From the human T2T-CHM13v2.0 reference genome, Homo sapiens, in NCBI RefSeq assembly GCF_009914755.1, contig NC_060935.1: a stretch of 64,000 nucleotides of DNA; one strand, 5' to 3'. Shown here in pieces: positions 45,136 to 59,029 of the stretch. A program made the position numbers and the translations under genes. Below the pieces are notes generated by a model. The model was not told the DNA's origin, made no database searches, and saw nothing but the letters and a program-made list of their open reading frames with translations. Numbering within the stretch: the stretch's first letter is position 1; the number at the start of each line of letters is the position of its first letter.

Positions 45136-45935
45136 CTAAATAGTATTTATTGATTATAAACAATAATCCCAATAATACCTTGCTAAGTAATTCTTTGGAG
45201 GCAGTAAAGTGCATACAATACTGTGTTTGTACAAGCAAATAGAGAGACAGAGGGTGAGATCATTGTTGAGTAAGATTTGATTGTGAATCCATCATTGCTG
45301 CTTCCTCAGCCTTGACTTCTGGGGAGCATCTGAGGTTTTCCCTTATGATAAGAAACAAGATTGCTATGTATATTTATATATCAACTGTCTAGCTGAAGCG
45401 TCACACATCAGAAGTCATGCATGACCTGTTTTCATGACATTTTAGGAAGAAGTAGTGGAAAACCAGCTAAAAGATTAGGAAAGAGGGCTTTTCAATTGCA
45501 CGGTCACAGAGAGTTCTCATTTGTGCTCTAGTACTTTCTTCGTAAAGCCCCAAAAGTTAATTAAAAAGAATTTAAATCTTCTGCCTGAAATGATGCTCTT
45601 CTTCCCTGAGACTCCCTATAAGACACTTGGCTGCCAAAGGAGCCTCATGTCTACCTATGCTGTGTGAACAAGCTTCCTCTTAAAGAATTATGACCCTACT
45701 CCTGGGTGGTTCCATGACAATATATCAGCCCCTGACCACGAGATCCCCCAGAGAAGCATCCCAGCAAGCTTGGATTCAAGGCACTTCCCATAACAAGGCT
45801 GACTCCAGTGATGTCTCTGAATGTCTTTTACCCTCTGCTCTTGAAATCCTTGGCGTTCATCTCTGATGTTGTCTTAAAAGCTTAGAAAATAAACCAAATG
45901 CAAACACTTTCTATCATGCTGACCTGCCATAGTCC

Positions 45936-45968
45936 CATGTTGCTACATGTTGCTACATGTTGCTACAT
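45936..45968. repeat. (CATGTTGCTA)3.3 decamer repeat
   Basis: Perfect 10-bp period, read directly. Confidence 0.95.
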
Positions 45969-46430
45969 TAGTCAAATCTGACTAAATGTTGTAGATGAAG
46001 AAGGTATGCTTCCCCCAGTGACCTGTGAGCTTACTGAAGACAAGGGCCATGTCTTACTCATTTTAGCATTTTCAGTCTTCCTCACACCACTTGCTTTTCT
46101 CACTCTCCTCTCTTGCCTCCTCTAATATCTTAATGTTCAACACATAGCAGTACTCATACTATCTATATGCTATTAAGTTAGAATTGCATTGAATTGACTT
46201 GAGGAACTGGTCTTAAATCAGTTAGATTAGCGGAGGATATGTCAACTCGAGTTTTTGTTATATATACTGAAAAGAGAATGGAAATATGCATGTTGATGTT
46301 ATATGAAAGCAAGATAGTTCATATTTTTATTTGCTGCCTTAGAAAGAATACTAAATGGTGTGGGTTTTTTAATTATAACATTTAGGGTGTAACAGAATTT
46401 GTATTGCCTGCTTTAAAATATTTAAACAGT

Positions 46431-46725
<295 letters not shown>

Positions 46726-46749
46726 TTAAAATCGCTTACCCCGTATAAC

Positions 46750-47488
46750 AGATATTTATGAAACTATTTTTTTGTGGCCAGCATTATGCTAGATACAAAT
46801 ACAAATGGATACATAGACAAACAAAATATGACCTCTGCTCCCAGGGAACTCAGAGGCAAAAAGCTATTACAATGCAAAGACAGTTTTGGAATCATGCACA
46901 CTACTATGGGAGCAGTTCAAGAAAGTAACTAAGCCCTACTGGAGTCAGGGAAAGCTTCTCAGAGAAGCCCTTGAAAGTGATGACACCTGCCTGTGGTTGT
47001 GTAGTATTTTGCCGGATGAAGAGCAAGAAGAAAAACATTCCTTTGCAGAGGTAGGTACATGAACACAGAGATGGGTGATGTCTGACGGACTTAGGAAGCC
47101 GGTTAAAGTTGGAACCATGGATTTGACAGTGGAGAAATTAGCAGGAAAAAAACTTAGAACTTGTCTGGGTCAGATCCTAAAGGGCCTGGCATGTTTAGAC
47201 TAAGGACACTTTTCTCTACTCTGATGCTAGGAGGGGTGCACTGAATGTTTGAAAATGGACTTGCAATACAGAAAGACAACCTTGGCAAATGTGAGAATTG
47301 GCAGGTGGCGAAATTCAAGGGCCTTTGCTAGTGATCCATGTGGAAGGCAATGGTGGCCTGAATTAAAGTCTAATAAGGTGGTAGAGAGAAATAACTCCAA
47401 AAATAGCAATTAGATACAATCAGTGGGACCATAGACTGCTGGGCTGTGGATTTAGAGAGAGAGGAAATGTCAGAGTCTGGCTTGGGGG
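46750..47488 (-). mobile_element. L2 fragment
   Basis: gccagcattatgctag...cctctgctcccagggaactca...ggagtcagggaaagcttctcagag...aatggtggcctgaatt. Confidence 0.75.
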
Positions 47489-47854
47489 TGTTTTAGTTTG
47501 CTGGGGCTGCTACAAAAAGCACCACAAACTGAGTGACTTAAACAGCAGAAATTTGTTGTCTTACAGTTCTGGAGGCCAGAATTCTGAAATCAATGTTTTG
47601 GCAGGGTGGCCTTCTTCTGAGGACTCTGAGAGACGATCTGTTCAAAGCTGCTCTTCTTGGCTTGAAGATTTCTATTGTTATCGTATGTCTCTTCACATCA
47701 CCTTCCTCTATGCATTTCTGTCTCTGTATCCAGATTTTCCCCTTTTATTAGAACACCAGTAATATTGGATTAGAGCCTACCCTAATGACCTCATTTTAAT
47801 TTGATAACCTCTGTAGAGACCATGTCTCCAAATAAGACACAATTTAACCCATCA
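47489..47854 (-). mobile_element. MLT1B/C-type solo LTR (small internal deletion)
   Basis: tagtttgctggggctgc...cacaaactgagtgacttaaacagcagaaattt...cagttctggaggccaga...attggattagagcctaccct. Confidence 0.88.
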
Positions 47855-50689
47855 TGGTGGGTGTAGGGCCATTCCCTGAGACAGAGAACACGAGAAAAGG
47901 AGATTTGATGGATGCTGGGGCAAGAGGATGAAATTGGTTTCATGCTATGCTGCCCATGCCACATTTTTGTTAAATTTATTATAGTATTATGGCCCAATAA
48001 CTGCTTGCTTTTGTGACTTTTATGTTATGCCTATGCAACAACTCTCTCTCTGGGTTCCTCTTGCTTTATTGGTTTAGTCTTCTGACAGTGCCTGGAGGAG
48101 TGGGGCTCTGAAGAAACCATGGGCTGTCCATCTTATACACTGGCTGTCAGATCCTATAGCCTGGAAGGCATTCTGTTTGGATGACATTAATCCATGTTTC
48201 AACTCCCCCTGCCCAAGACAGTGGTTGTTATCATCAAGAATGACACCTGAGGCCTGCAACACCAGCCTCTAGAAGCTCTCCACAATCATACTGTCAGCTG
48301 GAGCACCCAACAAAGCTCACACCGATGGCCCAGAGAGCAAAGATGTTACTGTCAAATTTAGCAGCTACATACACACAGATGCCACACTGATGACTCTTTA
48401 TTTCCCCAAAGTTGTCATTGGCTATGGCTATTTGATGTTTTATGGGGTGAGGTAGGGTGGGCAGATTGTCAGCCCCCAAATCAGGAAACCAAGTATCTGT
48501 CCTTCAACTTTTTTTTTTTTTTGAACAGGATAGTCAATATTGGCCAAGTGCTAAGACACACTTAGCTAACCCCAGGCCTGAGATTTCTCTCATTTGTCAC
48601 TTTGAAACACTGGGTCCTATTGAAGGCAAAGATGAATTGTGACCCAGAGAGGAGAATCACATTGGACAGGGTGACTTCCTGGGTTTAATTAAAGTACTGA
48701 AATTAATGAGTATTGTAAGTGACTTGCCAAATTGCCTGACAAAATTATTTCCACAGATAACTCCTTGTTTTCAGAAAAATGCAAGAGAGTAGCCAGAACT
48801 TTGAAGTGAACCAAACAAATGACATCCTAATGGAGGATTAGCTGGAGGATGCCTCAGGTTTGGAACGTGACCAAGTATTACTCTGGAAAACTCCCTTTAT
48901 TGCAGCCCCTGGAGCAGCCCCAAAGCCTGAGTGAATTTATCTAAGGTTGTTTTTCTCCTCAGTTTAAGAAAGGCACTGGAATTATATTTGTCTAAATTAT
49001 TATTGTTGAAAGTTAATTTTAAAGAAAGATAATTGAGATAATAGTTTCAAAAGTTGAGATTTACTTTGCTAGCCTGATTTAATTCCCTGATTTAATCAGG
49101 GGATTTAGAGATAACCACCTGGGACTTTTTAGGTGAGAGAGATCCAAAAAATAATTTAATGTACCAATTTTTTAGCTAAGCAGAAAGACTATTTTTTTAG
49201 ATCAAGAAAAAGGGAATTTGAAATTGGCGTAGCGTATCTCTTTTTTTTTTTTTCCCTTCAAAAAATAACCTTGATGCTTTTCTTAGTGAGTTCATTTATA
49301 AAAGAGCCCAGTGGCATCTCTTCCTGATAGTTGCATGGGTCTTTTCGGGGGGCACTTATTGTGTTCCAGAAGACACTCAAGTGTATCCAGAATGAACTGG
49401 GGGAGTAATCTTAGAATTTTGTCTTGATGGAGAAATGGAGAGGGTTTTCATGAGAAACTTGAATAATTGTGGAGAGGTTTAGATTTTCTCCCTAAACCAA
49501 CAAAGAGTTAAGGAAAGCCTAGAGTAAGTGAGATGGCTGTCACAGGGCTGTCAGGGCAGATATCCTCCGCTCCATTGGATCTGCCAGCTATTAAGCTTGC
49601 TTATTCCACTTCTCATGAACTATGCATGGTGCTTGTTCTGCTATGGAGGGAGCCCCCATCATTAATACTCTCCAACCCAGTAAGAGCCATTTGATATAAT
49701 GACACTGAATTTACCCAGTGATATCCTTAAGAAAAAATGAGTGAATTCTATTAATGGAGCTGTAACATTGTTGAAATAGGCATAGACTTCCTCATTCTGT
49801 GAATTTTAATCAGCCTACAAATCCCCATTTATTAGTTATGAGTAATCTATGAATGTCTTACTTTTTAAAGGCCTTCAGAGAAAATTAAATGTTGTCTAAT
49901 ACTTGGGGTCTTCTTTGATATGTGTGTAACTCATGTTAATATTAATGAATGTTCGTCGCTGATTAATAAGAGGGAGACCTCTTTATATAAAGGTTAGTAA
50001 GAAAGACACAGAGCAGTGATTTCAGTGTCTCTCTATGAGCAAATAAGGTCAATAGCTTGATTCATAGGTGAAGGTTCTATCGCATCAGGGAAGATAAATA
50101 CAATCTAAGGATGTATGACTTTATGACGGGCTGGGGAAGGATGGATAAAGGCAGCTGCCTCCTCTGAAGTTCTCCTTATTTAACAGTTCATAGAGTGGAA
50201 GGCAGTCTTTTGTGAAAGTGTTTCCTGGGATTTAAACTTTTATCATATAATATGGCTCCTAAATCTTTTGGAATTTATAGTTGGATGGGGTAGAGAGAGG
50301 GGAAGGGAGAGGGATAGAGATGTCCCCTTAGGAAAATAATTTATTAATAATAAATAAAAGGATGAAGTCATAAAAGATGTGAGCTGAGGAGAAGCTGTGG
50401 TTTGAGAGCCAGGGAAAGACAGTGATTCTAGTCTCACCTTTGTAAAAGGAATTTACTCTCTTTAGACGTTCCTTAGCAATAACATGAGACACTTGGGCAG
50501 GTTCCCTTGAAAGGCCCACTTCCTCTAACAGTCAGTGATTACCGTGTAGAAAGCAGAGTGCATGCCATTGATAAATAGGGTGATGGCATTAAAAGGATGA
50601 GTTGACATTAATCATGAAGGGATTACAGGAAAAGGTACAATATGAACATCTTTGTGAGTGAGCAAGGCTGTGCAGAGGTGACAGAGCCC

Positions 50690-50895
50690 ATGACTGGAGC
50701 GTGGGGCTTTGAAGCCAGGAGACAGGTCTGAGTCAGAGCTTGACACCTACTGTGCGACCTCAGAAATGTTGACTCGCCCAGCCACCATTTCCTCATTTGA
50801 CACACAGGTCAGTATAGTCTTCCTCACTGGGTTGTTTTATGGGATAGTTCAGATACCGGATGCCTAAGACATAGCATGATGTCTGACCATAATGG
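50690..50895 (+). mobile_element. MIR
   Basis: ggctttgaagccag...ctactgtgcgacctcag...tttcctcatttg. Confidence 0.65.
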
Positions 50896-51626
50896 GCCAT
50901 GAGCGACAGGGCCTTTACTACTGAGTAATGCACATGTGCACTGACCCTTTGGTATATTTAGCAAATAGTTCCTGAAATCATTGTTTAAGTAACTTTTAGA
51001 ATGTAAATTTTGTCTTATGTTCACTAGGGGAGCTTGCTATTTCAAAGGAATCTTACTTGACTCTCTTCATAAGGCCTTTTTATAATGTTAATTACCTCCT
51101 TATAATTTATCTGGTTTATTAAGTTTAGCTTCTGTTCTTCGTGTTTTCCTAAAGTGGAGCAAACCTGAAAGCTTACTAATATCTTACTCCATTCACATTT
51201 GCCCTTTTTTGTGAGCAGCTATGATAATATGTGATGACTGACTTCAAGAAAAATGCTCTGCCCTCCTCTCTTGAAACATTAAACTAGGGGAAGCTTTTCT
51301 TCCAGCTATTATTCTCATAGGTTGAATGGTCTTTAAATTGCAATTGACAGAGTGCTTAGTGAAATGCTATATTTAGGAACTATTGTGTACCTATGTCTAT
51401 TATCTGTGTTTCCTTTTCTTTTCCAAAAGGCGGTGTTTCCATGGAAAAAGCGCATTTGTTGCTTAGGAGATTGTCCACTCTTGTCTTTTTGCTTATCCTT
51501 CCCATTTAGCCCCAGACAGGTTTGTAATATCATTCACAGTTGCTGTGGAGACTATTATGATGTCATGTGTGGGGAGCTATTATTTAAGGTGATGACTTGG
51601 CAGCTGGATCTTCTGAAAGAAGAAGG

Positions 51627-51692
51627 GTGCATGCACGTGTGTGCACAGGCACACGTGCACTCATGCACACACACACACTCACACACACACAC
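51627..51692. repeat. Alternating purine-pyrimidine / (CA)n tract
   Basis: gtgcatgcacgtgtgtgcacaggcacacgtgcactcatgcacacacacactcacacacacacac. Confidence 0.85.
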
Positions 51693-52180
51693 TGCAGGAC
51701 TTCTTCCTTGAAATGACCCTATCACAGACTTTTTGAAGGGAGTAGTGCATTAAGCTTTCTTTTCATAATGTGGTAGAACTTATCTTCTGCTCTTAAGCAG
51801 CCCAGCTTTTCAGTCATTCATGATTAAAACAGTGACAAGAGAAAGAAGGAAGTACAACCTTTCTTATATGAGATACCAACTAAAACTGCAGCACTCTCTA
51901 GCAGGGCCAACTAACTCATAGTATACACTGAGATCTTTCCCTGCAAGTTGATCATTCTTTATTAATCAGTGCAACTGGAAATAAATCAAGATATAGTAGC
52001 AGTGGGAAAATTCAGTTACTCATAACTAAGCTAGAAATATCATTTTACTAAAGGGAAACTGAAAGAAGAAGAGGTGACTGACATTTTATCAAGCTCTTTC
52101 TATGTGCTAAGCAGTGGATATCTCTGCCTGGGATCATCTGCCTCTTCTCTGTTGGCACTATTACCTCTCCTTCCCCTACC

Positions 52181-52479
52181 TTTTTTTTTTTTTTTTTTTC
52201 TTTTTAAGAGACTAGGTCTCACACTGTTCACCCAGGCTGCTAGGCTGGAGTATGGCCTCAAACTCCTGGGCTCAAGCAATCCTCCTGCCTCGCCTCAGCC
52301 TTCCAAGTAGCTAGGACTATAGGCACGTGCCACCACATCCAGATAATTTTTAAATTCTTTGTAGAGATTGATTCTCACTATGTTGCCCAGGCTGGTCTCA
52401 AACTCTTGGTCTCAAGCAATCCTCCTGCCTCAGCCTCCCAAAGTTCTGGGATTATAGGTGTGAGCCAATGTGTCCAACC
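52181..52479 (-). mobile_element. AluJ (Jo-like) with right-arm deletion
   Basis: Poly-T tail; ctgggctcaagcaatcctcc; TSD-like tccttcccct on both sides. Confidence 0.92.
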
Positions 52480-53690
52480 TCCTTCCCCTTCTTCAGCACC
52501 AACCTATAAATATGCCTGTCTCTCCTACTATGCTTGCTTCCCACCATCATCTAAATCAGACTCCTGCCCCATGTCTCTCATTCCATTTTGTGCCAAGTGT
52601 CTTGAAATAATAGTCTACTGTTCCCAAACAACATGTACATCAGAATTCACCAGAGGAGCCTATTAAAATACATATTTGTAGGTCTCCATTCAGAGGGGTT
52701 GATTCAGAAGATTCAGGGTGTGACCCAAATCTTTGTTTTTTTTAGCAAGCTCTCTGGGTGATTCTGGTGTGCGCTCAGATATTGGACAGTAATTGGTACT
52801 CATTTCTTAATTCCTCTCATCTTAATCACTCATCAGTCCTTCTCCATCTGGCTTCTACCTCTCTTGTGTGGGTGAAAATGCTTTTGCCAGGATCGCATGG
52901 CCCTCCCTACCTGCTGAATGAAATGGCATGTGTGTTCACTGTAGAACACTAGATGTGGCTGGCCACTCCCACTTTGGAATTCCTTGCCCCTTGATGCCTG
53001 TGACACTGTGCTCTCTTAATCAGCCCTTTGGTCTCTTTGATGATTCCAATTCCTCATCCTACTCTGTAACTGTTGGTTTTCCCCAGGATACCATGCTCGG
53101 CCCTCTAATTTTATTTCCCTACAGACCAAGCAATTTCATCCATTCCTGTAGCTTAACTACCACATATCTGTTGATGGCACCCACAGGTACTTACAACTTT
53201 GACTGTGTCTTACCTAAGCTTCAGATTCATAGATATCTCTGTGTGCTGAGTATATGTGTGTCTGGATGCCCTGTCAGCTCCTTAGGCTCAGCTTGTCCAA
53301 AACCAAACTTGTTGTCTTCTCACTAAACCTTCCACAGTATGTTTTCCCCCAACGGAGATCCCACTGTCAACCAAGCTAAAAACCTGAAGCCATCCTCCTC
53401 TAATTTTTCTCACTTCCAACATCAAAGAATTATCAAACCCTTCCAATTTTCCTCCTAAATATTTCTTGGATGTGTTTTCTCCTCTGTGTCTCAGCTTCAG
53501 ATCCTCATCACCCCTTGTGACAGCCTTCTGGCAGGTTCTCCCAGGTATATAGCAGTAATTTATGTTCTCACCCACCCCTATTGAATGCTTAACTCCATGA
53601 ATTTAGAAAGTATGGCTTCTTCATGCCATATTCTCAGCTAGTAGCAGCATTCATGGTAGGTGATCAATAGAGTTAGATAAATGAAAGCAT
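52480..53690 (+). mobile_element. L2, interrupted by a MER5A-like element at about 52615-52795
   Basis: ctcagcttgtccaaaaccaaact, caaccaagctaaaaacctg, ggtaggtgatcaatagagttagataaatgaa; MER5 part catcagaattcacc...gcaagctctctgggtgattctgg. Confidence 0.75.
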
Positions 53691-54123
53691 GAACCATCTA
53701 GCTCACAGCTTTTTTGGAAATTATTATTTACAAATACAACATATAAAGCAGTGAGCTTAAGGGCTAACATGTTTAAAATGTGAATTGCCAGCAACCATAT
53801 TGGTATTGGTATTAAGTCAAGAATTTTGATATTTATTTCCCTCCTTCAGGTCTTCAGCACCAAACTAGGTCAGCTGGAATCTTCTCTCACACTGAGAGGG
53901 TGGCTATTTTGTTTAAAAGTGATCTAGCTCTAGTTTTACTGCTATAAATTTGAACTTTACAGTGAGTTCCTCAGACTTGTGTATTCTCCCCTGACCCATT
54001 CAGGTTATTGGTGAATTATAGGCATTGTCAGCATGGTTTGATTCTTCTCTGTCAAAAAGGGTCACCATGACAGTCTTCTCACTGAGTCTCTGATTTGTCT
54101 TTTGGATCTTTCAGAATGGAGGG

Positions 54124-54488
54124 TGATATGGTTTGGCTGTGTGTTCCCACCCAGATCTCATCTAGAACTGTAATCCCCAGGTGTTGAGGGAGGGAGCTGG
54201 TGGGAGGTGTTTGGATCATGGGGGTGGTTTTTCCCATGCCTTTCTCATGATAGTGAGTGAGTTCTCATGACATCTGATGGTTTTATAAAGGGCTCTTCCC
54301 CCTTTGCTTTCTGTCTCTCCTGCTACCATGTAAGACGTGCCTTTCTTCCCCTTCGCCTTCTGCCATGATCACAAGTTTCCTGAGGTCTCCCCAGCCATGC
54401 AGAACTGTGAGTCAATTAAACCCGTTTTCTTTATAAATTACCCAGTGTCAGGTATTTCTTTATAGCAATGCCAAAATGAACTAATACA
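54124..54488 (+). mobile_element. MSTA/THE1D MaLR solo LTR
   Basis: tgatatggtttggctgtgtg...gtgagtcaattaaac...aactaataca; TSD-like gaggg/gagga. Confidence 0.94.
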
Positions 54489-57049
54489 GAGGATTAATTG
54501 CTACAATAAAATATGAGGAAATTAAAACCTATAATTCTTTTTTTCCTCAGTAAACCAGAGACAAGCAGAAAGTGGAGCTCAGAGCACTGAGCGCCTTGTC
54601 CAGTGAGCCAGTGACTTGGGAAAATGGAGAGCTTCTGTGTTCTTCGATATTATGGAAGCCACTGAGCTTCCCTTTGCCTCTATGTCTCCCTCTGTAAAGC
54701 TGCCAGCTTTTCTGGCCCTTCACTGGATAGCTGTACAATGTATAAAGAGCATTTGTAGTTTCTTGGAGGAAATATGTCAGCTTAAATAAGTGGTTCTTGA
54801 TGTAGCCAGGGTGATAGGTAACATTTGGAAGTCTGTGTTTACAGTTACTGTTTTAAGGATTATATTTGTAGTATTTTTCTTTGCTTCAGCCACTCCTTCT
54901 AAAAGATCATCAACACAGAACATCTGTGAAGACTTGTGGGATAGTTTGCTGCACAACCTGCCACATACTAAATACAGCCATTCTAGCAAGACCTTGCCTA
55001 TCCATGCTAATGAGGACTAGGCACAGTATGGATAATTTAAATCTGCAGGAAAATATAAAAATCTAGAGTCACTCAGTATTTTTTATCTTTCCTGCTGTCA
55101 AACCAGCAGTCATTTAAATTTCACATCCCCTTGTTTCCCAGGATGCTTTCATGAAAGGCACTAATGAGAGGCAAAATGGCCGAGAGGCAGACGGGTTACT
55201 GGAAAAGGAGCTGTATGCAGTGAGGGGATGAGCAAGGCAACAACTGGATAATCACCACCTGAAAATCGGCTTCAAAAAGCATTTGTTGAACTCGACCTGA
55301 CTGCTCCTGAAGATTAGGCAGTCACTTCTCTTCTGCAGGCAGAAGGTGAGGCCTCCTTGGGGCCAGGTCCTGTTCAGAGGCATATGAAAGGAGAGGAGTT
55401 AAGAAGGTAAACAAGGCAAGGCAGTACACACATTCCCACAGTGGAACTCAGCCCCTGACCAGTTCCTAAGGGAAGTTCCGTGTGCTGCAGGTTCAATGGC
55501 AGGAGGCAGAGAGGCATTGATGGAATTCCACCTTCTGGCTAGTAAATTTGCTTGTCCAGATGTCACCTGAGATGTATCATCAGAGGTTAATTCCTGTTGC
55601 AGCCTTAGGTCAGAAGGGAAGTGCCTCTCTTCACTCCTCAGTCTTTGGAGAAACACATCTTAGAGTGTGAGTTACAGTCACTGCCCCTAACAAAGTGGCT
55701 CATGTGCTATGGAACATTGCCCCTGATCCTTGTTCTCATCACAGTTCTCCTTATTTTGTACCTGCTACCTTTGTGGATAATAATTAACTACAATCATGGT
55801 GTTATAATTTACTGTGTTTATTTGATAAGTGGTATGTTCCTGGTTCTTGATTTTTCTTTTATTCTCTAATGCTCTATGACATAGGTGTGGGTTGACTGTC
55901 ACCAACTCTGTTTATTTATGCATAAATGGCTTTGCAAACAAAAGGAACTTTTCACTTACAAGAGGACTTCAACTGAGGAACTTTGAATCTCTTGTGAGTC
56001 AGTAATTTTTTAAATAGAAAAGACAGCTTTCACAGCCTTGATATAAGGGAGTCCTAGTTTCACTTGGGCTCAGTCTTTTTTTTTTATCTGATGGATGTCC
56101 CCAGATAACAGAAAATGTGATGGTTATGTCTTCCAGGCCAGCATCAGCCAAATGTGTTGTCAGAGAGTGACTTTAAGAACATTATTTTGTTTGCCAACAT
56201 CCTAAAAATTAGGACGATGATGTGAACTTTACAAATGTCAATAAGTGGGGGTCAGCATAATCTAGTAGACTGTTGACTAGTTCCACAGTGTGTCCTTCAT
56301 TCTCTGTGTCCTCAAATTCAGAGGACTGACACGGGGATTGGGATAAAAAAGCAAATTTTTTAGCATATGGATGACAAACAGTCAACACCTCTTTTTAAAC
56401 AGTACATTGATCAACAAACCGTGTCTACCAGGCTCTTGCTCATCCTGCCACTTATGGGTCAATTGGAGGCAAAGGATAGAAGGAGAAATGTATCACTTCA
56501 TAAATATGAATCTGATCATTGTCAACCCCCTTTACAATGATGTTGTTTTAAAAGTGATTTTCAATAAGTGAAGTTAACAGAAAAAGTAAAATTGAGCATG
56601 TCAGGGTTCAGTTAGGTTCATCTTCTGCCTGCCTGTCATTATTTTTACTTGAGGATAGAAAGATTAATGTATCTGTTGTCTCTATGTACTGAGAACTGTG
56701 CTAAGTGCTGTGGATACAGATATTAAATGAACAGTTCCAAGCACAGACTGATACATGAGTATGTGCTGATCATGGTATGCACATAACTTTTCAGTCCTTA
56801 TGACAAGGAAGTGAGACACCTCTGTCCACTGCTGACTAGAAGGTTATGTTATAAGCAGCGATCTTCTAGACTACAGCAGCCCTACACAGAGATTCAGAAA
56901 TGCAGAGATTTTTGCAGTGAGTTATTAAATGGGTAGCATCCCAAACACAACAGACAGGAACTAACATGATAGACTCTGTGTTGAGGTTCTGACCTACCAG
57001 GATTTCTTCTGGCCATTTTGGATCCCAGCCTATTCTTTATAGCTTTTGG

Positions 57050-57400
57050 GAACCCAAATCCCCCTTTTGTTTTCTATTTCCCTATCTCTGAATCCTCATG
57101 GTCAGTAGAAAAATTTGTATTGTCAAGGAGTTTCCCAGTGTTGTAGCTTCATCCTATTTTCTCCTGACTAGAATAAGGAACAGCCAGACAGGATTTTGTT
57201 CATAGTATCTCCTCCTATACTGAAGATTGTTAAGTCCTCTCCATCTTCACTCAGCTGGACAATTCTTGTTCTTGACTGCTTCTAATAAATCTTATTTTCT
57301 TATCTTTGAATCATGATTACTGCTCATCTATTCCAAAGAGTAGAGCGCAGGGCTTCTTGCAGACTTCAGCAAGCAGAGGTACTGAGATCCTCTGCAGGAG
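57050..57400 (-). mobile_element. Possible L3/CR1 relic
   Basis: ccatcttcactcagctggacaattcttgttcttgactgcttc resembles antisense L3; very degenerate. Confidence 0.35.
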
Positions 57401-57515
57401 TTCCTCAGCTGGGGCCAGTTATGCACACTTTGAGGACCTGGCTCTCCACACAGCACAGGAACATATGAGCATTGCTCAGGAATCAATGAGCACTGTACAA
57501 GAATGAGATAAGTAG

Positions 57516-57908
57516 TGTTATGGACTGAACATTTGTGTTCCCCAAAAATTCATATGCTGAAGCCGAGCCCCCAGTGTGGCTGTATTTGGAGAAGGAGCCT
57601 CTAAGGAAGTAATTAAGGTTTAGTGAGGTCATAAAAATGGACCCCTGATCCAGTAGGATTAGTGTGTCCTTATAGGAGGAGACCACACAGCGTTCTCTCT
57701 TTCCACCATCCCTCTTTCCCTCTGAGCACCCACAGCGGAAAGGCCTTGTGAAGACATACCAACCATAAAGAGAGCCCTTATTAGAAACTGGCCATGCTGA
57801 TACCTTGATATCGGACTTCTAGCTCCAAGATGGTGAGAAACGATATGCCTATTGTTTAGACTATCCAGTCTGTGGTCTTTGGTGATGGCAGCCTGGACAC
57901 ACTTACAT
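57516..57908 (+). mobile_element. MLT1A1-type solo LTR
   Basis: tgttatggactgaacatttgtgttccc...ggaagtaattaaggtt...ccatgctgataccttgat...gatggcagcc; flanks aagtag/aagcag. Confidence 0.9.
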
Positions 57909-58667
57909 AAGCAGCTCTGGGGCAGTCCTTGTGCTGCTCCCCTGTTCCTCTATCATCATGAGGTCTGTGCATTCTTGAGCATACTATGATGCTTAGATTC
58001 AGATTTTTTTTTTCTTTTTATCACTCTGACCTACTCTCCTACAGAATATTTAAGACAAAATTTTCAGCAGGACATTTTTGTGTTACTGATATGGAGAAAC
58101 CCATTTCATAGAAGAGTTTGTTGAACCAGGCTTCTTCTACATGCTATAGTTAGTTTTCCACTGGAATTGATTTAATCTCTAGTACAATGAAATATATTTG
58201 ATAATAAGCCATATCATGAAGGCCTTCTACTTTGTTATTAAAATATCAGGAATCACTGTCTGATGAGTTCTTACGCATTATGTTTTAATTATATGGAGAA
58301 GAAGAGTTCTTAGGCTTCAACTCAGGGTGTGATTTTTTTAAAATTATTTAAATTGACTTTGAAGCACCTTCCAGCCATTTGTTCAACAGTTAAATTCCCC
58401 AGAATGCCTGCTGTTTTCTGTCTAATTTTTGACATTATTATCTTTCTGGAAACAGAGCTGCTATTTAACTCAGCTAGCACTGAACAGAAACTGATTATTC
58501 TCTTTCAATGTAACTGGAGTGACTTAAATACTTACAATCTTTTTGTTAAGGGAAGATTAAAGCATAGGAGAAAAGTGTTCTGTCTTGCAACTCAAAATAA
58601 ATATTTCAATAAGAAGTAGCCATAATTTCCTTATGAAAACTATATTGGGTCATTGGGTGTTCAGTAA

Positions 58668-59029
<362 letters not shown>

